The notes: a model not told the origin generated them from the sequence alone. Counted from the whole stretch's first letter, positions 44,973 to 56,334 are shown. The stretch is DNA of 63,422 nt, filler included, from Vannella sp. (GCA_023345925.1; 7 parts of 7 records of this genome joined end to end with filler, not necessarily neighbours in it); one strand, 5' to 3'. Program-made: numbers and translations.

Positions 44973-47138
44973 TTAACGGTTTTCTCGTAAAATTTCTTTG
45001 GACACAGAGTCTTCACACTTATCTGCGTAGTATTGAAGGACGTCATTATTAGCGAAGGCGCAAAGCTTTGTGAACCCGCGTATTTCCAGACCATCCATTT
45101 GACTTGCTCGGCTAAGGGCTACGTAGGCTTGACCAAACGCAAACACCTTCGACAAATTAAGCTGACAGCGATCTAGAGTCATCCCCTGGCTCTTGTGAAT
45201 TGTAATTGCCCAGGCCAGTCTCAATGGAATTTGAATCCGATACCAGTGATCATGACCGGAAAGAAGGCAAGAGCATTTGACCGGGGAGATGGTCAACTTT
45301 TGCCCATCCACAAATTGCACGATGGGGAGTTGAATCACAGGGCACCCATCCTCGCCCACTTTGTAGCCAGCAGGGTATCGCCTAGCATGAATCATCTGAC
45401 TTTCAAACCAGGTAAGAAGGCTGCGATCACTGCCTTCTCTCACTTCTTCAGGTACCAAATCCTTGAATCCAACGACAACCCCGCGACTTCCATTGCACAG
45501 TTTTTGCTTCGGCATGTTGCGCAGGAGCATTACCTGAGCCTGTTCTTTGATAGGAAGTTCATGTGAGATGGGATTCACCTTTTGGTTGCGTTCGAGTGTT
45601 GGCCAAACATCAGAGCGATATGCCCTTGGAATGGACTTCTCGGTTCGGTCTGCACTCAGCATGACCCGAAGTGGGCTTTTGATGGAGGACAGTTCGTATA
45701 AGTTCTCAGCGTCAACATCCTTATTGGTGCAATAGAGTCGTGTTGGAAGTATCCCATTGACAGTTCGCAATGGTCGGTTCGCCTTTGAGAGATACTCGAG
45801 GGTTTCGTAGGAGCAAAGCCCATGCCGGATTTGATCGAGATTTGATATGAACAGATCCTCCTTCTGCCGGTATGTTTGATACAGATTGATGGTCTCTTGT
45901 AAACAACAGGACCAACGATCGGCTTGAAAAGCGAATCTCAATTTCTCTTCCCGAGTTACAGGAGGAAGCTGGAAGAAGTCACCACAGACAACCAGCTGGA
46001 TGCCACCGAATGGGAGTTTCGACCCTCGAATCGCTCGGGCAACGGCTTCTACTTTGTCGAAGAGGTCGGCGGAAATCATGCTGATTTCGTCGATGATTAA
46101 CACTTGACAAGCTTGCCACTCTTTCATGCGTTTCCAGGCCTTTCGAATAAGATCTTCGATAGGCTCTTGACCCAATCCGAAACCAGCGAAACTATGAAGA
46201 GTCTGGCCACCAATCTGGAGTGCTGCAATACCAGTGGAAGCAGTAACGGCAATGGCTAAATCCGTTTCCCTAGTTTTGAAACGGAGTGCCTTGATAATCA
46301 GGCGCAGTAAGAAGGACTTTCCAGTTCCAGCAGACCCAGTGATGAAAACAGATTTCCTTTCCTCCACTACAGCGGAGTAAACTTTCTTCTGGTCCTCCCC
46401 CAACTGATCAAAAGATGCGGTCTCTTCCTCTTCGGAATCATCAGTGTCTATGCCTTCTTGTTTGCCACATTCAATAACAGCATCTGGCGCCTGCTGCTGT
46501 AATAAACAATCATCGAGTGATTGAATCCTGCCAGGGGTGTTGACCACAGCGTTAGAGTGTCCTACAGAGCCTCTTGACTCCTGTGTGGGAGCAGCCGTAG
46601 CCTGTTGGTTGAGCGCGGTTTCGGTTGGAGCAGCTTGATTGAAAGATAAGCTCGCTGCTTGAGGACCTTCAGTGTGTCTGACAGGTTCAGTGTATTCACA
46701 CTCAGTTGAGGGAGACAGAGTTGCCGCTGCATGCTCGATCCCAGATATCGGTCTTGATGAGTCCTTTGCGCAAGTAGGAGCCAGATGGGAGCTCGCTCCA
46801 TTCTTCAACAAGTAGTCTTCAGCCAAAGCGCGGGTGAGGAACCTGCCGTAGAGAGCGCCTGCCTGTCTATTGACTTGAGCCTCGCATTCCTCCCAAGTGG
46901 AGTAGATACCAATGTTCAGTCCTTTGGCAACCGCATAGTACACGACTGGGGTCGAGTTGTATGTACCGTGCTTAGTTAAGAAGTCCTCTGCCATATCCCG
47001 CACTCCAAACTTCCTGTAGAGCTCCCATCTGGCTCCTACTTGCTGTCCCTTCACTTGAGCCTCGCATTCCGCCCAACTGGAGTAGATTCCAGTATTCCGT
47101 CCTTTGGCAACTGCGTAGTAAGCAGTTTGGTTTGGCAT
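44973..47138 (-). CDS. Pif1-family 5'-3' helicase with two N-terminal RNase H1 hybrid-binding (Cauli_VI) domains (copy A)
   Basis: Two YYAVAKG..GIYS.W.ECEAQV repeats; GSAGTGKS, DEISM, GDFFQLPPV, AWAITIHKSQG and GQAYVALSR; uninterrupted ORF. Confidence 0.92.
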   Translation of the reverse strand: MPNQTAYYAVAKGRNTGIYSSWAECEAQVKGQQVGARWELYRKFGVRDMAEDFLTKHGTYNSTPVVYYAVAKGLNIGIYSTWEECEAQVNRQAGALYGRFLTRALAEDYLLKNGASSHLAPTCAKDSSRPISGIEHAAATLSPSTECEYTEPVRHTEGPQAASLSFNQAAPTETALNQQATAAPTQESRGSVGHSNAVVNTPGRIQSLDDCLLQQQAPDAVIECGKQEGIDTDDSEEEETASFDQLGEDQKKVYSAVVEERKSVFITGSAGTGKSFLLRLIIKALRFKTRETDLAIAVTASTGIAALQIGGQTLHSFAGFGLGQEPIEDLIRKAWKRMKEWQACQVLIIDEISMISADLFDKVEAVARAIRGSKLPFGGIQLVVCGDFFQLPPVTREEKLRFAFQADRWSCCLQETINLYQTYRQKEDLFISNLDQIRHGLCSYETLEYLSKANRPLRTVNGILPTRLYCTNKDVDAENLYELSSIKSPLRVMLSADRTEKSIPRAYRSDVWPTLERNQKVNPISHELPIKEQAQVMLLRNMPKQKLCNGSRGVVVGFKDLVPEEVREGSDRSLLTWFESQMIHARRYPAGYKVGEDGCPVIQLPIVQFVDGQKLTISPVKCSCLLSGHDHWYRIQIPLRLAWAITIHKSQGMTLDRCQLNLSKVFAFGQAYVALSRASQMDGLEIRGFTKLCAFANNDVLQYYADKCEDSVSKEILRENR

Positions 47139-47500
47139 CAGCTTGTAACAATGACGCACTGCCGGTGTTGGGTCAAGACATGTTCTAAACTTCCCTTCAC
47201 TTCCCTTCCAACCTTCCCCCCTTCCCCCACGGGCTGATGAAATAAATGTCTGTTACGCTACAGATGAGTCTACGAGCCTTTAGAAGAGTCCTGGCAAAGT
47301 AATTCCGGTCCATCAACGGCCTCTGGCAACCAAATCTCCGAAAGGGCAAAAGCGGGAGAATTTTACTGATTTTAATGGGGCAGCGTTGATGACAGTGCTT
47401 AAAGAGATGCCTTCTTCTTGAGCATCAGCAGAGTGTAGACTCACTCCCAGAACTAATGTTGAAAGTGAGCTCTTTGGTCGATTCATCTCATTGGTTCCAT

Positions 47501-49747
47501 TTATCGAGTAGCGGATAATTTGATCACTGCCTGAGCGAGTGGGTCCTTACACTCTTCAGCATAGAACTTAAGAACGTCACTATCAGCAAAGACTGCTCTT
47601 TGTGTTAATCCGTGGACCTCAAGGCCTTTTAAGTCGCAGACTCGGCTCAGTGCCACGTAGGCTTGTCCACACTCAAACACTCTTGACAGGTTCAGTTGAC
47701 AGCGATCCAAAGTCAAACCCTGGCTCTTGTGAATTGTGATTGCCCAGGCCAGTCTCAATGGAACTTGGACTCGGTACCAATGTTCAGTTCTTTCAAAGAC
47801 ACAAGAGCAAAGAACAGGATAAATTGTCAACTCCTGCCCATCAACAAATCGGACCACAGGGAGTTGAATAACAGGATCACCTTTGGTGTCTTTCTCGTAG
47901 CAAGCTGGGTTTTCTTCAGCATGACCGGTTTGCCTTGTGAACCAGTCCTTCATAGAAGAAGCGTCAATGAAAGTGTTCTTATCCTTTTTTGAGGAAAGTA
48001 ACTGCTTTAAGCCTTCGAGGGTGATATCATGGAATCTAGTGACCACTCCACGGCTTCCATTCGAGAGTTTCTGAGCTGACATGTTGCGGAGGAGCATAAC
48101 TTGGGCACCTACTTTGAGAGTAATCTCGGGCGAGATTGGATTTGCTTTTTGGTTGTATTGAAGTATCGGCCAAAGAGCGGAGCGTAAAGGCTTAGGAATG
48201 GACTGCTCCGTGCGATCAACACTGAGAAGCACTCGACTTGGTTCGTTTATGAGTGTCAGCTCACGAAGATTCTCGCCATCAACATCTGCATTAGTACAAT
48301 AAAGTCGCGTGGGAAGTACTCCATTCACAACTGGAAGTTTCCGCTCTGCTTTGAACAGAAGCTCGAGGGTTTCAATAGAGCATGTTCCATGCCGAATTTG
48401 GTTGAGGCTTTGGATGAACAAAGCCTCCTTCTGACGGTAAGTGTGACACAATTCAATCGTCTCTTTGATGCAATTTGACCATGAGGCCGCTCGAAAGGCG
48501 AATTTCTCTTTCCGTACAACTGGAGGAAGCTGGAAAAAGTCCCCACAAATGACCAGCTGGATGCCGCCGAAAGGGAGTTCCGAATCTCGGATTGTCCTTG
48601 CAATGGCCTCTACTTTGTCAAAGAGATCACCAGATATCATGCTGATCTCGTCTATGATCAAGATTCCACAAGCTCGCCATTGTTTCTTACGGCGCCAGGC
48701 CTTTTTGACTAGATCTTTGATCTCTCCCTGTCCAAGTCCGATGCCAGCAAAGCTGTGTAGAGTTTGTCCTCCAATCTGGATTGCTGCAATACCAGTGGAA
48801 GCAGTAACGGCAACTTCACACCCTTTCTCTCGAAGAGCTTTGATAATCACATGCAACAAGAAGGACTTTCCAGTGCCGGCTGATCCGGTGAAGAATACTG
48901 ATTTGCGTTCCTCCACAACAGCAGAGTAAACTCGCCTCTGGTCCTTTCCTAGACTTTGATACGTTGCTGTCAGAGGATCATTTGAGGACACAGTTGTAGC
49001 AGAGATCTCTTCTTTTGCTCTCTCACTGAAAGGACACTCTTCTTTCCATTCCCCCTCGGATAACTCGGAAAAATCGTAATCCACTGCGCTTGGGGTGCTA
49101 CTTGACAAAGCACTCACGTTTTGAAAGTGTTCCAATGACACGGCCGTCGTCACATGGCGCGATGGTTCAAACGAAGGGATGTCCGTTGATTGAGCTCGTT
49201 TGTCCAAAGTGGGAGGTTTCAGAGCTGGACCTTCATCTTTCCAGTCATCTGCACACAAATCGATCAGTTCTTGATGGTCAGATGAGTTCCAAAGCCCTCT
49301 TGACGTGGTCAAGTCAATGAGGGGTGCATTTGGAGTCTGTTTAGGGGCTTCTGGCACTGTTGTTAGCATGGATGTTAGCTCACTTTTCGAGATCTTGTAA
49401 GGAACTGGTTCACTCTGATCCCAAACGATAGGAACCGACCGCTTCTGCGGAAGAGTCAAAGTTAGGCCAAGGAGAGAAGCCTCCTTGGCCTCTCGATCAT
49501 CATTCATCATAGGAGAGGCGAGTTTGGATTGCAAGCTAGAATCATTGATCCCTGTTGGTTGCGGTCTCGAGGACAGCACGTGGCTTGCCCTGTTCTGAGC
49601 CAAGAAGTTCTCCGCCTGACTGAGAGTGGGGAAACTCTTGAAGATAGCTCCAGAGAAGCCTTTCACATGGCGCTCACACTCAGCCCACGTCGAAAAGATT
49701 CCCACTTCTCTTCCCTTTGCCACAGCATAGTGGGAGGTCCGAGGCAT
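47501..49747 (-). CDS. Pif1-family helicase with one N-terminal RNase H1 hybrid-binding domain (copy B)
   Basis: HYAVAKGREVGIFSTWAECERHVKGFSGAIFKSF..AENF followed by the same set of Pif1 motifs; uninterrupted ORF. Confidence 0.92.
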   Translation of the reverse strand: MPRTSHYAVAKGREVGIFSTWAECERHVKGFSGAIFKSFPTLSQAENFLAQNRASHVLSSRPQPTGINDSSLQSKLASPMMNDDREAKEASLLGLTLTLPQKRSVPIVWDQSEPVPYKISKSELTSMLTTVPEAPKQTPNAPLIDLTTSRGLWNSSDHQELIDLCADDWKDEGPALKPPTLDKRAQSTDIPSFEPSRHVTTAVSLEHFQNVSALSSSTPSAVDYDFSELSEGEWKEECPFSERAKEEISATTVSSNDPLTATYQSLGKDQRRVYSAVVEERKSVFFTGSAGTGKSFLLHVIIKALREKGCEVAVTASTGIAAIQIGGQTLHSFAGIGLGQGEIKDLVKKAWRRKKQWRACGILIIDEISMISGDLFDKVEAIARTIRDSELPFGGIQLVICGDFFQLPPVVRKEKFAFRAASWSNCIKETIELCHTYRQKEALFIQSLNQIRHGTCSIETLELLFKAERKLPVVNGVLPTRLYCTNADVDGENLRELTLINEPSRVLLSVDRTEQSIPKPLRSALWPILQYNQKANPISPEITLKVGAQVMLLRNMSAQKLSNGSRGVVTRFHDITLEGLKQLLSSKKDKNTFIDASSMKDWFTRQTGHAEENPACYEKDTKGDPVIQLPVVRFVDGQELTIYPVLCSCVFERTEHWYRVQVPLRLAWAITIHKSQGLTLDRCQLNLSRVFECGQAYVALSRVCDLKGLEVHGLTQRAVFADSDVLKFYAEECKDPLAQAVIKLSATR

Positions 49748-49754
49748 CACCAAG

Positions 49755-49809
49755 AATAAACCCTAAACCTTGCCAACAATAAACCCTAAACCTATACCTC
49801 GCCAACAAT
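49755..49809. repeat. Short tandem duplication containing telo-box-like AAACCCTAAA
   Basis: AATAAACCCTAAACCT at 49755-49770 and 49778-49793; GCCAACAAT at 49772-49780 and 49801-49809. Confidence 0.8.
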
Positions 49810-49872
49810 GAACCTTGACTCTCATTAGGTAGTTGAATGGAAATAAACAACTTTAACGAGCGGGAAAGTTAA

Positions 49873-51282
49873 TCAAAGGGGATGAGGAAGCAGGCTGATG
49901 ACTGCTTGGAAATACTTGTCGTATTCCTCGTCAGTCAGTTTAGCCACGATCTCGTCAGTCATCTCATAGACGGGAACGAAGGAATCTCCAAATGAGATGT
50001 GAGAGTGGGGATTGTCCAGGATCCAGGAGTCAGTTTCTGTCATGACCACATCTTCGTTTTGTGCAGTTTGGAAATGATCTTGTTCTTCCACCAAGTAGTG
50101 CAAGAAGTGGCCCAAGTACCGCAAAACAGCTTCCTCATTCTTCTTTCTGAGGACATTGGTGGACAGAGTTTCTTCTTTCTCTGTAAGCTATTCGAGAGAA
50201 TGAGAAGGCTATCATTAAAGAAAAGTGAAGCTTACTGTGGCTTTACGAGCTGCGGCCTCTTTCTGCTTGCTGTTCTGGATCCAAGGAGGAGTTTCTGAAT
50301 GAATGTTCTTTCGAGAGTCATCCTCACTAGGGAATGGAATGAGTTATATCGTCAACCTTATGGTCTGGAACTCACTCAGGAACAATCTGAGTGAGACCCA
50401 AGACATGGTGGAAGTCAGGGACCCCTTCAAAGATAACAGTAGTCCTGATTTCCTCAGCCTTGGTTTGCCGAGAACCTCCTCCGGAACCACCTCCAGATGA
50501 TCTTGAACCTTTTTCAGCTACAACATCATAGTTCTGTGCGCTTAGATGGTCCTGATTAGCTTTCAGGGAGAGGTGGAGTGAGCCATTCGAAAAACCACTC
50601 ACTTAGGCACGACGATTTCCCGACACAAGCTGAGAGGTCTTTCGATGCTCTTGAGAGCCTTTCGAATGGCAGCATGGGGCTCTTCCTTAGTGTTCACTTC
50701 TTTTGTCCACCCAATTTTCGTGCAACCGCACTTGGTGCATTGAATGTTTGGTACCATCCTCGTGTACTGCTCCTCAGAGTATCTGCGGACATCAGGAAAG
50801 CGACATGTGACCATTCAAGGTTAACACTTACTTCTGACCACATTTGGAGCAGGCAATGCTGTTTACAGGGCGGGATTGCGTATCGAGATACTTGCTGATG
50901 TTGAAGATCTTGAACTTGATAGAGTTGAGAGCATTCTTGAGATCGACGAACCAGTATTCGCCCGATGTAAGCTTCGAACTGCCATACGGGTGAATCGCCA
51001 TGATGAGAGAGTCACGGTTGGGTGTACCTGTCTACCATCTTGTCTCTCTCCAGTCTTTGGAGAGCCTGATTAACGACACCGGGGTCTATCTGAAGTTGCT
51101 GGGCGATCAGCGCCACAGACCTTGGGATAGACGGTCATTACCACCAACTCCCCAACAGTTCCCTCCTCTCACCGTTTACCCAAGTTGTCAAGAAGCACAT
51201 CCATCACAAGCACACAGGGGGCATCAAAGAATGCATGCGTCACCTTTCTAATCGCCTCTTTGGCGTTCGAAAGTTCGGCCAT
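49873..51282 (-). CDS. GTF2E1: TFIIE alpha subunit-like protein (many short exons)
   Basis: Winged-helix segment YWFVDLKNALNSIKFKIFNI; Zn ribbon IACSKC...IQCTKC; acidic C-terminus VYEMTDEIVAKLTDEEYDKY. Confidence 0.75.
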
Positions 51283-51498
51283 TCCTCCCCGCCAGGTCCG
51301 ACAAAAAATGGCGCTAATTGGGACCACCGTTTCTTAAATCCCTTCAAGATGCATAGCTACCCAAATTCTTCTTGTTCCAGCTTATAAAGAATTATTTAAT
51401 AAGAGCTGATCAGATGTGGTGGGTTGGATGAAGGAGCACTTTCAACGTCCCTTTTCTTCCCTTCCTAAGCTTGTAGCAGGACCACAAAGGTTGAGAGT

Positions 51499-54202
51499 TT
51501 ACTTCTTGGGTGTCGACTTCATCTGCGACTGCTTTGAGAGGGCTGCAACCATCGCGTCGGACCTGGGAGGGGGTGGTGCTGAGGGTGAGCTGCCAAAGGC
51601 TGAATGCTTCTTCCTCTCAGAACGGGCCACTTGATCGACTTGTTGAACTTGTGTGGACCAAGCAGAGATATGCTCATCGTCTACAGCATTGCGCTTCATG
51701 AGCCTCTGTGCAGAGCGAGTTTCGAGCTGCGCAGCTTCGTAGTTCCCTTCCTTAGCCCATTTGGCGGCCTTCTTCGCCACATGTGTTCCAATGACATCCA
51801 TGTTCGCACTCTTCTCAGCCTGTTGTCGGTCCTCTGTCAAGGAAATCGTAGTATTGGCCACACGAAGGCACTGAGATCCATTTGGCCTCGTGTACATGAT
51901 CTGGACTTGGAAGGGGATCTGGTTCACGTCCGTCAAGTCACATTCCTCCTTTGAACGGAACCCGTAAGAGAACGAAAGCTCAGTGTCCGCCCGAACATTG
52001 CCAAGATCTTTGACAATCCAATTGCGGTTCTCGTTCTCGTCGTCCATTTCGTTCTGGAAGCGCAAGCCCCGATGGAGAATGATCATAGCCATGGTCGTGT
52101 ACCCGATAATGGGTTGCTGATCTAATGTGGCCAGCTCACTCTCTAATTGCAAGGGATCTACTCGGGTAACAGACCCACCGGTTTGGTCAGTGACGATGCT
52201 GAGATTCTCCAAACAGCATTCGGTTCCAATCAAACTGATCACAGAAACTGTCACTCCAACCAACTTGGCCTTCTCAGCTAGTTCGGTGTAATAGGGCGTG
52301 AATTCAGTCTCCTTTCCCTCAAGTGAGCCCATTCCAATGTTCGCCATTCCATCTGTGCATAGAATAACTTGGCTTCCGGGCTTGCTTCCTGCAATTGCAA
52401 TTGACAACTGCAACGCTGGTCCCAGAGCAGTTGCTCCGTTCTCTTCCAAGTCCCAAAGTCGCTCAATAAGCAGATCCTTCGACTCGCTCACGGGCTTTTG
52501 AATGATGAAAGAGGTTCCAGTCTCTTGTAGCTTCTCCCAATTATTCAAGCGATCCCCGGCAACCACAACAGGATCTTGAGAGCCATCACCGATAATAGTC
52601 ACTTCGTTGCTGAAAGCCACCAGTCCCACTCGAGTTTGAGGCTTCTCGCGCTGATACTTTGAGATCTGATGATCGATTGCAGATTGAACGCATTGCAATC
52701 GGCTCACATAAGTCACATTGCGGCGCTGACCTGGCAGGTATTGGCTTCCCAGATCATGAGCGTCCTCTTGCTGTTGGCGAATCCCGCGATTGCGTTCCTC
52801 TCGTTTCTGCAATCCTCTGAGATTGACTTTGCTGTCCAGCTCGCTAGTGACACACATGGACCCAGAGACGTCGATACAGAAGACCACATTCGAGTAATTG
52901 TCCTCGGCAGAGACTACTGGAGCGGGCACTGCAATGTAATCCATCGAGGGCAGTTGCGGAATCTCTTCTTCTTCAAGATCCACAACGTTTGTGCCAAAGC
53001 AGAACTCACACTTCCAGTACGAGGAGCTTCCTTCTTCGAAGTCGGGTTGCTCATTAAGGGCGAAGGACTCCAGAGCAGGATGGATGGGAGGAGCTGGGAC
53101 CAGTGGCTCTTGCTCCACTTCTTTGAGAGTCTCCTGAGTGAGTTTGCTGAGAGAGCTGAGGATGACACCACAGTGCTTGCAAAAGGTAGGATCGCCAGTC
53201 ATCTGATCCTTCTCCTGCGCCAAACTGGCCATTGTCAGGCGGCAGATGTTCACGTTCGTGCGAGAGTGCTTTGTATGAGCTGAATCCTTCTTCTTGCCCT
53301 TCTTCTCCTTCTTCTTTTCCAGGTCTCTGGTAGCAAGAGTGTCCAAGTCCTCTTCAAGCTCGCCCTCACTGAAACTCTCGTCCTCGCTGTCCGAACCCTC
53401 CACGACAGGAGGCGGGGGAGGGCGACACTCACGAGCATTCACAGCGATTCTTCCTCGTACCTCTTGACCTGAAGGTTGTAAACCGCTAATGCGTTCAGAA
53501 ATGTTGCGAGTGAGACTGTAGAAGCAGTCGTCCACATTGGTGTTGTTCTTGGCACTCACTTCACAGTGAGGAATCCCCAGTTCATTCGCAAACCCTTCTC
53601 CAACCTCAACACTGACAACACGCTTCGCAACAAGATCGATCTTGGATGCAACGAGGATGCGGTTCACGTTTTCGCAGGCGTAGCGGTCAATCTCTTGAAG
53701 CCATTGCTTTGTGTTGCTAAAGGAAGCCTGGTCCGTAGTGTCATAGACAACCATGATGCCGTGGGCGCCACGGTAGTAGGAGGAGGTAATGGTGCGGAAG
53801 CGCTCTTGTCCGCTTGTGTCCCAAATTTGCAGCTTAATGGTGCGTCCGTCGACCTCTATGGTTCGAATCTTAAAGTCTACACCAATGGTAGAGATGTAGG
53901 ACTCTCCAAAGTAGGTGTCGTCTGCAAAGCGAAGGAGCAAACAGGACTTGCCCACTCCGCTGTCTCCAATGAGAAGGATCTTGTAGAGCGCGTCACTGTT
54001 CGCGAGTCTTGTCAATAACAATGTAATAGAAGCAAGGAACTTACTACTCAACACTGAACGCGTTGTGCTCCTTCTGCTTCTTGTAAGCAACATTTCCTCC
54101 AAAGGAGAACAAGCCGTCTTCTCCCCCAGGGGCTTCCAAAGGAGAAGGTGGAGCTTCCACTGCCTCCTTCTTCTTCCCAAATCCGAACACTTTACTCAGC
54201 AT
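51499..54202 (-). CDS. Rab1-like GTPase fused to Sec23-type Zn finger and vWA domain
   Basis: [28 protein letters not shown] and EVSAK; CKHC..WKCEFC; vWA MIDAS-like DVSGSM, TALGPAL and LCTDGMAN; one 5' intron near 53997-54047. Confidence 0.88.
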
Positions 54203-54470
54203 GGTGCTGGAGACCAATAAAATGAAGCAATGGCGACAAAGACCCCTTTCCCATTCCACCAATCACATTGGACCACCATTCAGCTAACTTTCTCTTTCCC
54301 TCTTCAAACCCTACTTTGACAAGTTAATCCTCCTTTGCGTTATTATTTTGAGTGTGAAGGGATAGGTGAGGGCTCAATTAAATGGGATGGAAGAGTCCTT
54401 TTGGAGCGAAGAGTGTTTCTCCTCACTTTATGGAGAGCCAAGGTCGGCTGAGGCGCACTTCAGAAGGAGG

Positions 54471-54570
54471 NNNNNNNNNNNNNNNNNNNNNNNNNNNNNN
54501 NNNNNNNNNNNNNNTTAATTAATTAANNNNNNNNNNNNNNNNNNNNNNNNNNNNNNNNNNNNNNNNNNNN
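54471..54570. other. Artificial contig linker
   Basis: N-TTAATTAATTAA-N, 100 nt. Confidence 0.98.
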
Positions 54571-54780
54571 ATGGTTAGTTTACGTAATACCTCATCCGAC
54601 ACAGGCGTCGGGGTTCTCCAACTCGCCCCCTCCATCGAGTTGCTCCTGTGCGCTTCCATTCCTCCAATGAATGATCAAATAATATAAGAATCACAGCAGA
54701 AAGGTTAAAAACGGCAGGGAAAAGGGTTAAGCAAAAAAATGGGGGAGCCAATCAGAATGCGGGAAGGGCCATTTGCTGGG

Positions 54781-56218
54781 ATGCTGGTGCGAGTGGCACG
54801 TGTGGGCGTTCGGCAGGGCGTGCTGTCAACAGGAAGAGCAGCATTCTGTACTGCTCGGCCTCCTGTTACTAATCTGTCGGACGATGAACGAGTTCTGAAG
54901 GAGACTGTTCGGAAGTTTGCGGAGGAGCAGGTACGTGTTGGCCTTTTTTGTCTCTCTTCAAGGCGAGGCTGATGATCGTAGATTCGCCCTTTTGTTGCTG
55001 AAATGGACGAGAAGTGTGAGATGGACCAGAGAGTCATTGACAGCTGCTTTGCCCAAGGATTCATGGGTCTGGACATCCCCGAGGTACGCGCTTCTTCACT
55101 GATGGTCCGAAGGCCATTCACTGATCTCTCTGGGGTCACTAGAAATACGATGGAGCTGGGATGAACTTCTTCTCTTCCGTTCTGGTGATCGAGGAGCTCG
55201 CTCGCGTCGACCCTTCCGTGTCAGTGATGGTGGACGTCCAGAACACTCTCGTCAACATTGGGATCCAAGGATGGGGTACCGAGGAGCAAAAACAAACCTG
55301 GCTCCCCCGCTTGGCCACAGTGAGTCACAAACAAGCTGCTCAGCAGCCCGATCTAATCACTAGCAGGACACTCTGGGGAGCTTCTGCCTCTCTGAGTGGG
55401 GCAGCGGATCAGATGCCTTCTCTTTGAAAGCTGGGGCACAGAAGAAAGGCAGCAAGTGGGTCATCAACGGGACGAAGGCGTGGATTACCAATGCAAAGAA
55501 CGCTGGACTCTTTATCGTGATGGCCAATGTCGCTCCAGAGAAGGGCTACAAAGGAATTACCGCCTTCTTGGTGGACCGAAAGAACCCTGGCATTATCATT
55601 GGCAAGCCAGAGAAAAAGTTGGGGATCAATGCTTCCTCTACCTGCGAAGTGCAACTCATTGATTGCGAAGTGGATGAGACTGATGTTCTCGGAGAGGTTG
55701 GAAAGGGCTACCAAATTGCTATTCGTATGTCAATCCTTACTCAGACGTCCGGAAACCACTAACCTGCCCCAGAAACCCTCAACAAAGGAAGAGTCGGCAT
55801 CGGAGCTCAGATGGTTGGCTGCGCTCAAGGAGCCTTTGACATCACCGTGCCTTATCTTGTGCAGAGAAAGCAGTTTGGGCAGTCTTTGACTGAGTTCCAA
55901 GCCGTCCAACATCAAATCGCCCGCGCTGCCACTGACATTGAGATCGCTCGTCTGTTATGTTACAACGCAGGACGCGGTGTGGCCATGGGCCAAGCTGATG
56001 AAATGCAATGCAGCATGGCCAAACTAGTATCCAGCGAGGTTGCTGAACGCGTGACAAGCAGCTGCATCAACCTCCTCGGAGGTGTCGGATTCACCCGCGA
56101 CATTGGCGTTGAGAAGTACTATCGCGACGCCAAGATCGGTCAGATCTACGAAGGCACATCGAATATCCAACTTCAGACCATCGCCAAACGTATCCTCAAA
56201 GACTACAAGTGCGAGTGA
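54781..56218 (+). CDS. ACADSB: Short/branched-chain acyl-CoA dehydrogenase, mitochondrial
   Basis: IEELARVDPSVSVMVDVQNTLVN, NGTKAWITNA, KLGINASSTC, RKQFG and RDAKIGQIYEGTSNIQL; 4 introns. Confidence 0.92.
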
Positions 56219-56334
56219 AGTGTCCCCCATCTTCGGTAATATTTCCTTTTCAGGAATACACTCAACTTAACTTTATCAAAGGTATTGCGGAAGGCTCGTT
56301 TGCGTGTCCATTATAATTTGTGGGCGTGTTGGGA

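Noticed and set aside
44973..49747. Helitron interpretation of the Pif1 genes
   Set aside because: No HUH Rep domain is seen upstream of the helicase, no clear terminal hairpin/CTRR end was found, and the proteins are much shorter than RepHel.
33222..49809. Telomere-maintenance cluster (TEP1-like gene plus Pif1 plus telomere motifs)
   Set aside because: The STAND protein lacks the TROVE/vWA region of true TEP1 and is separated from the Pif1 genes by unrelated genes.
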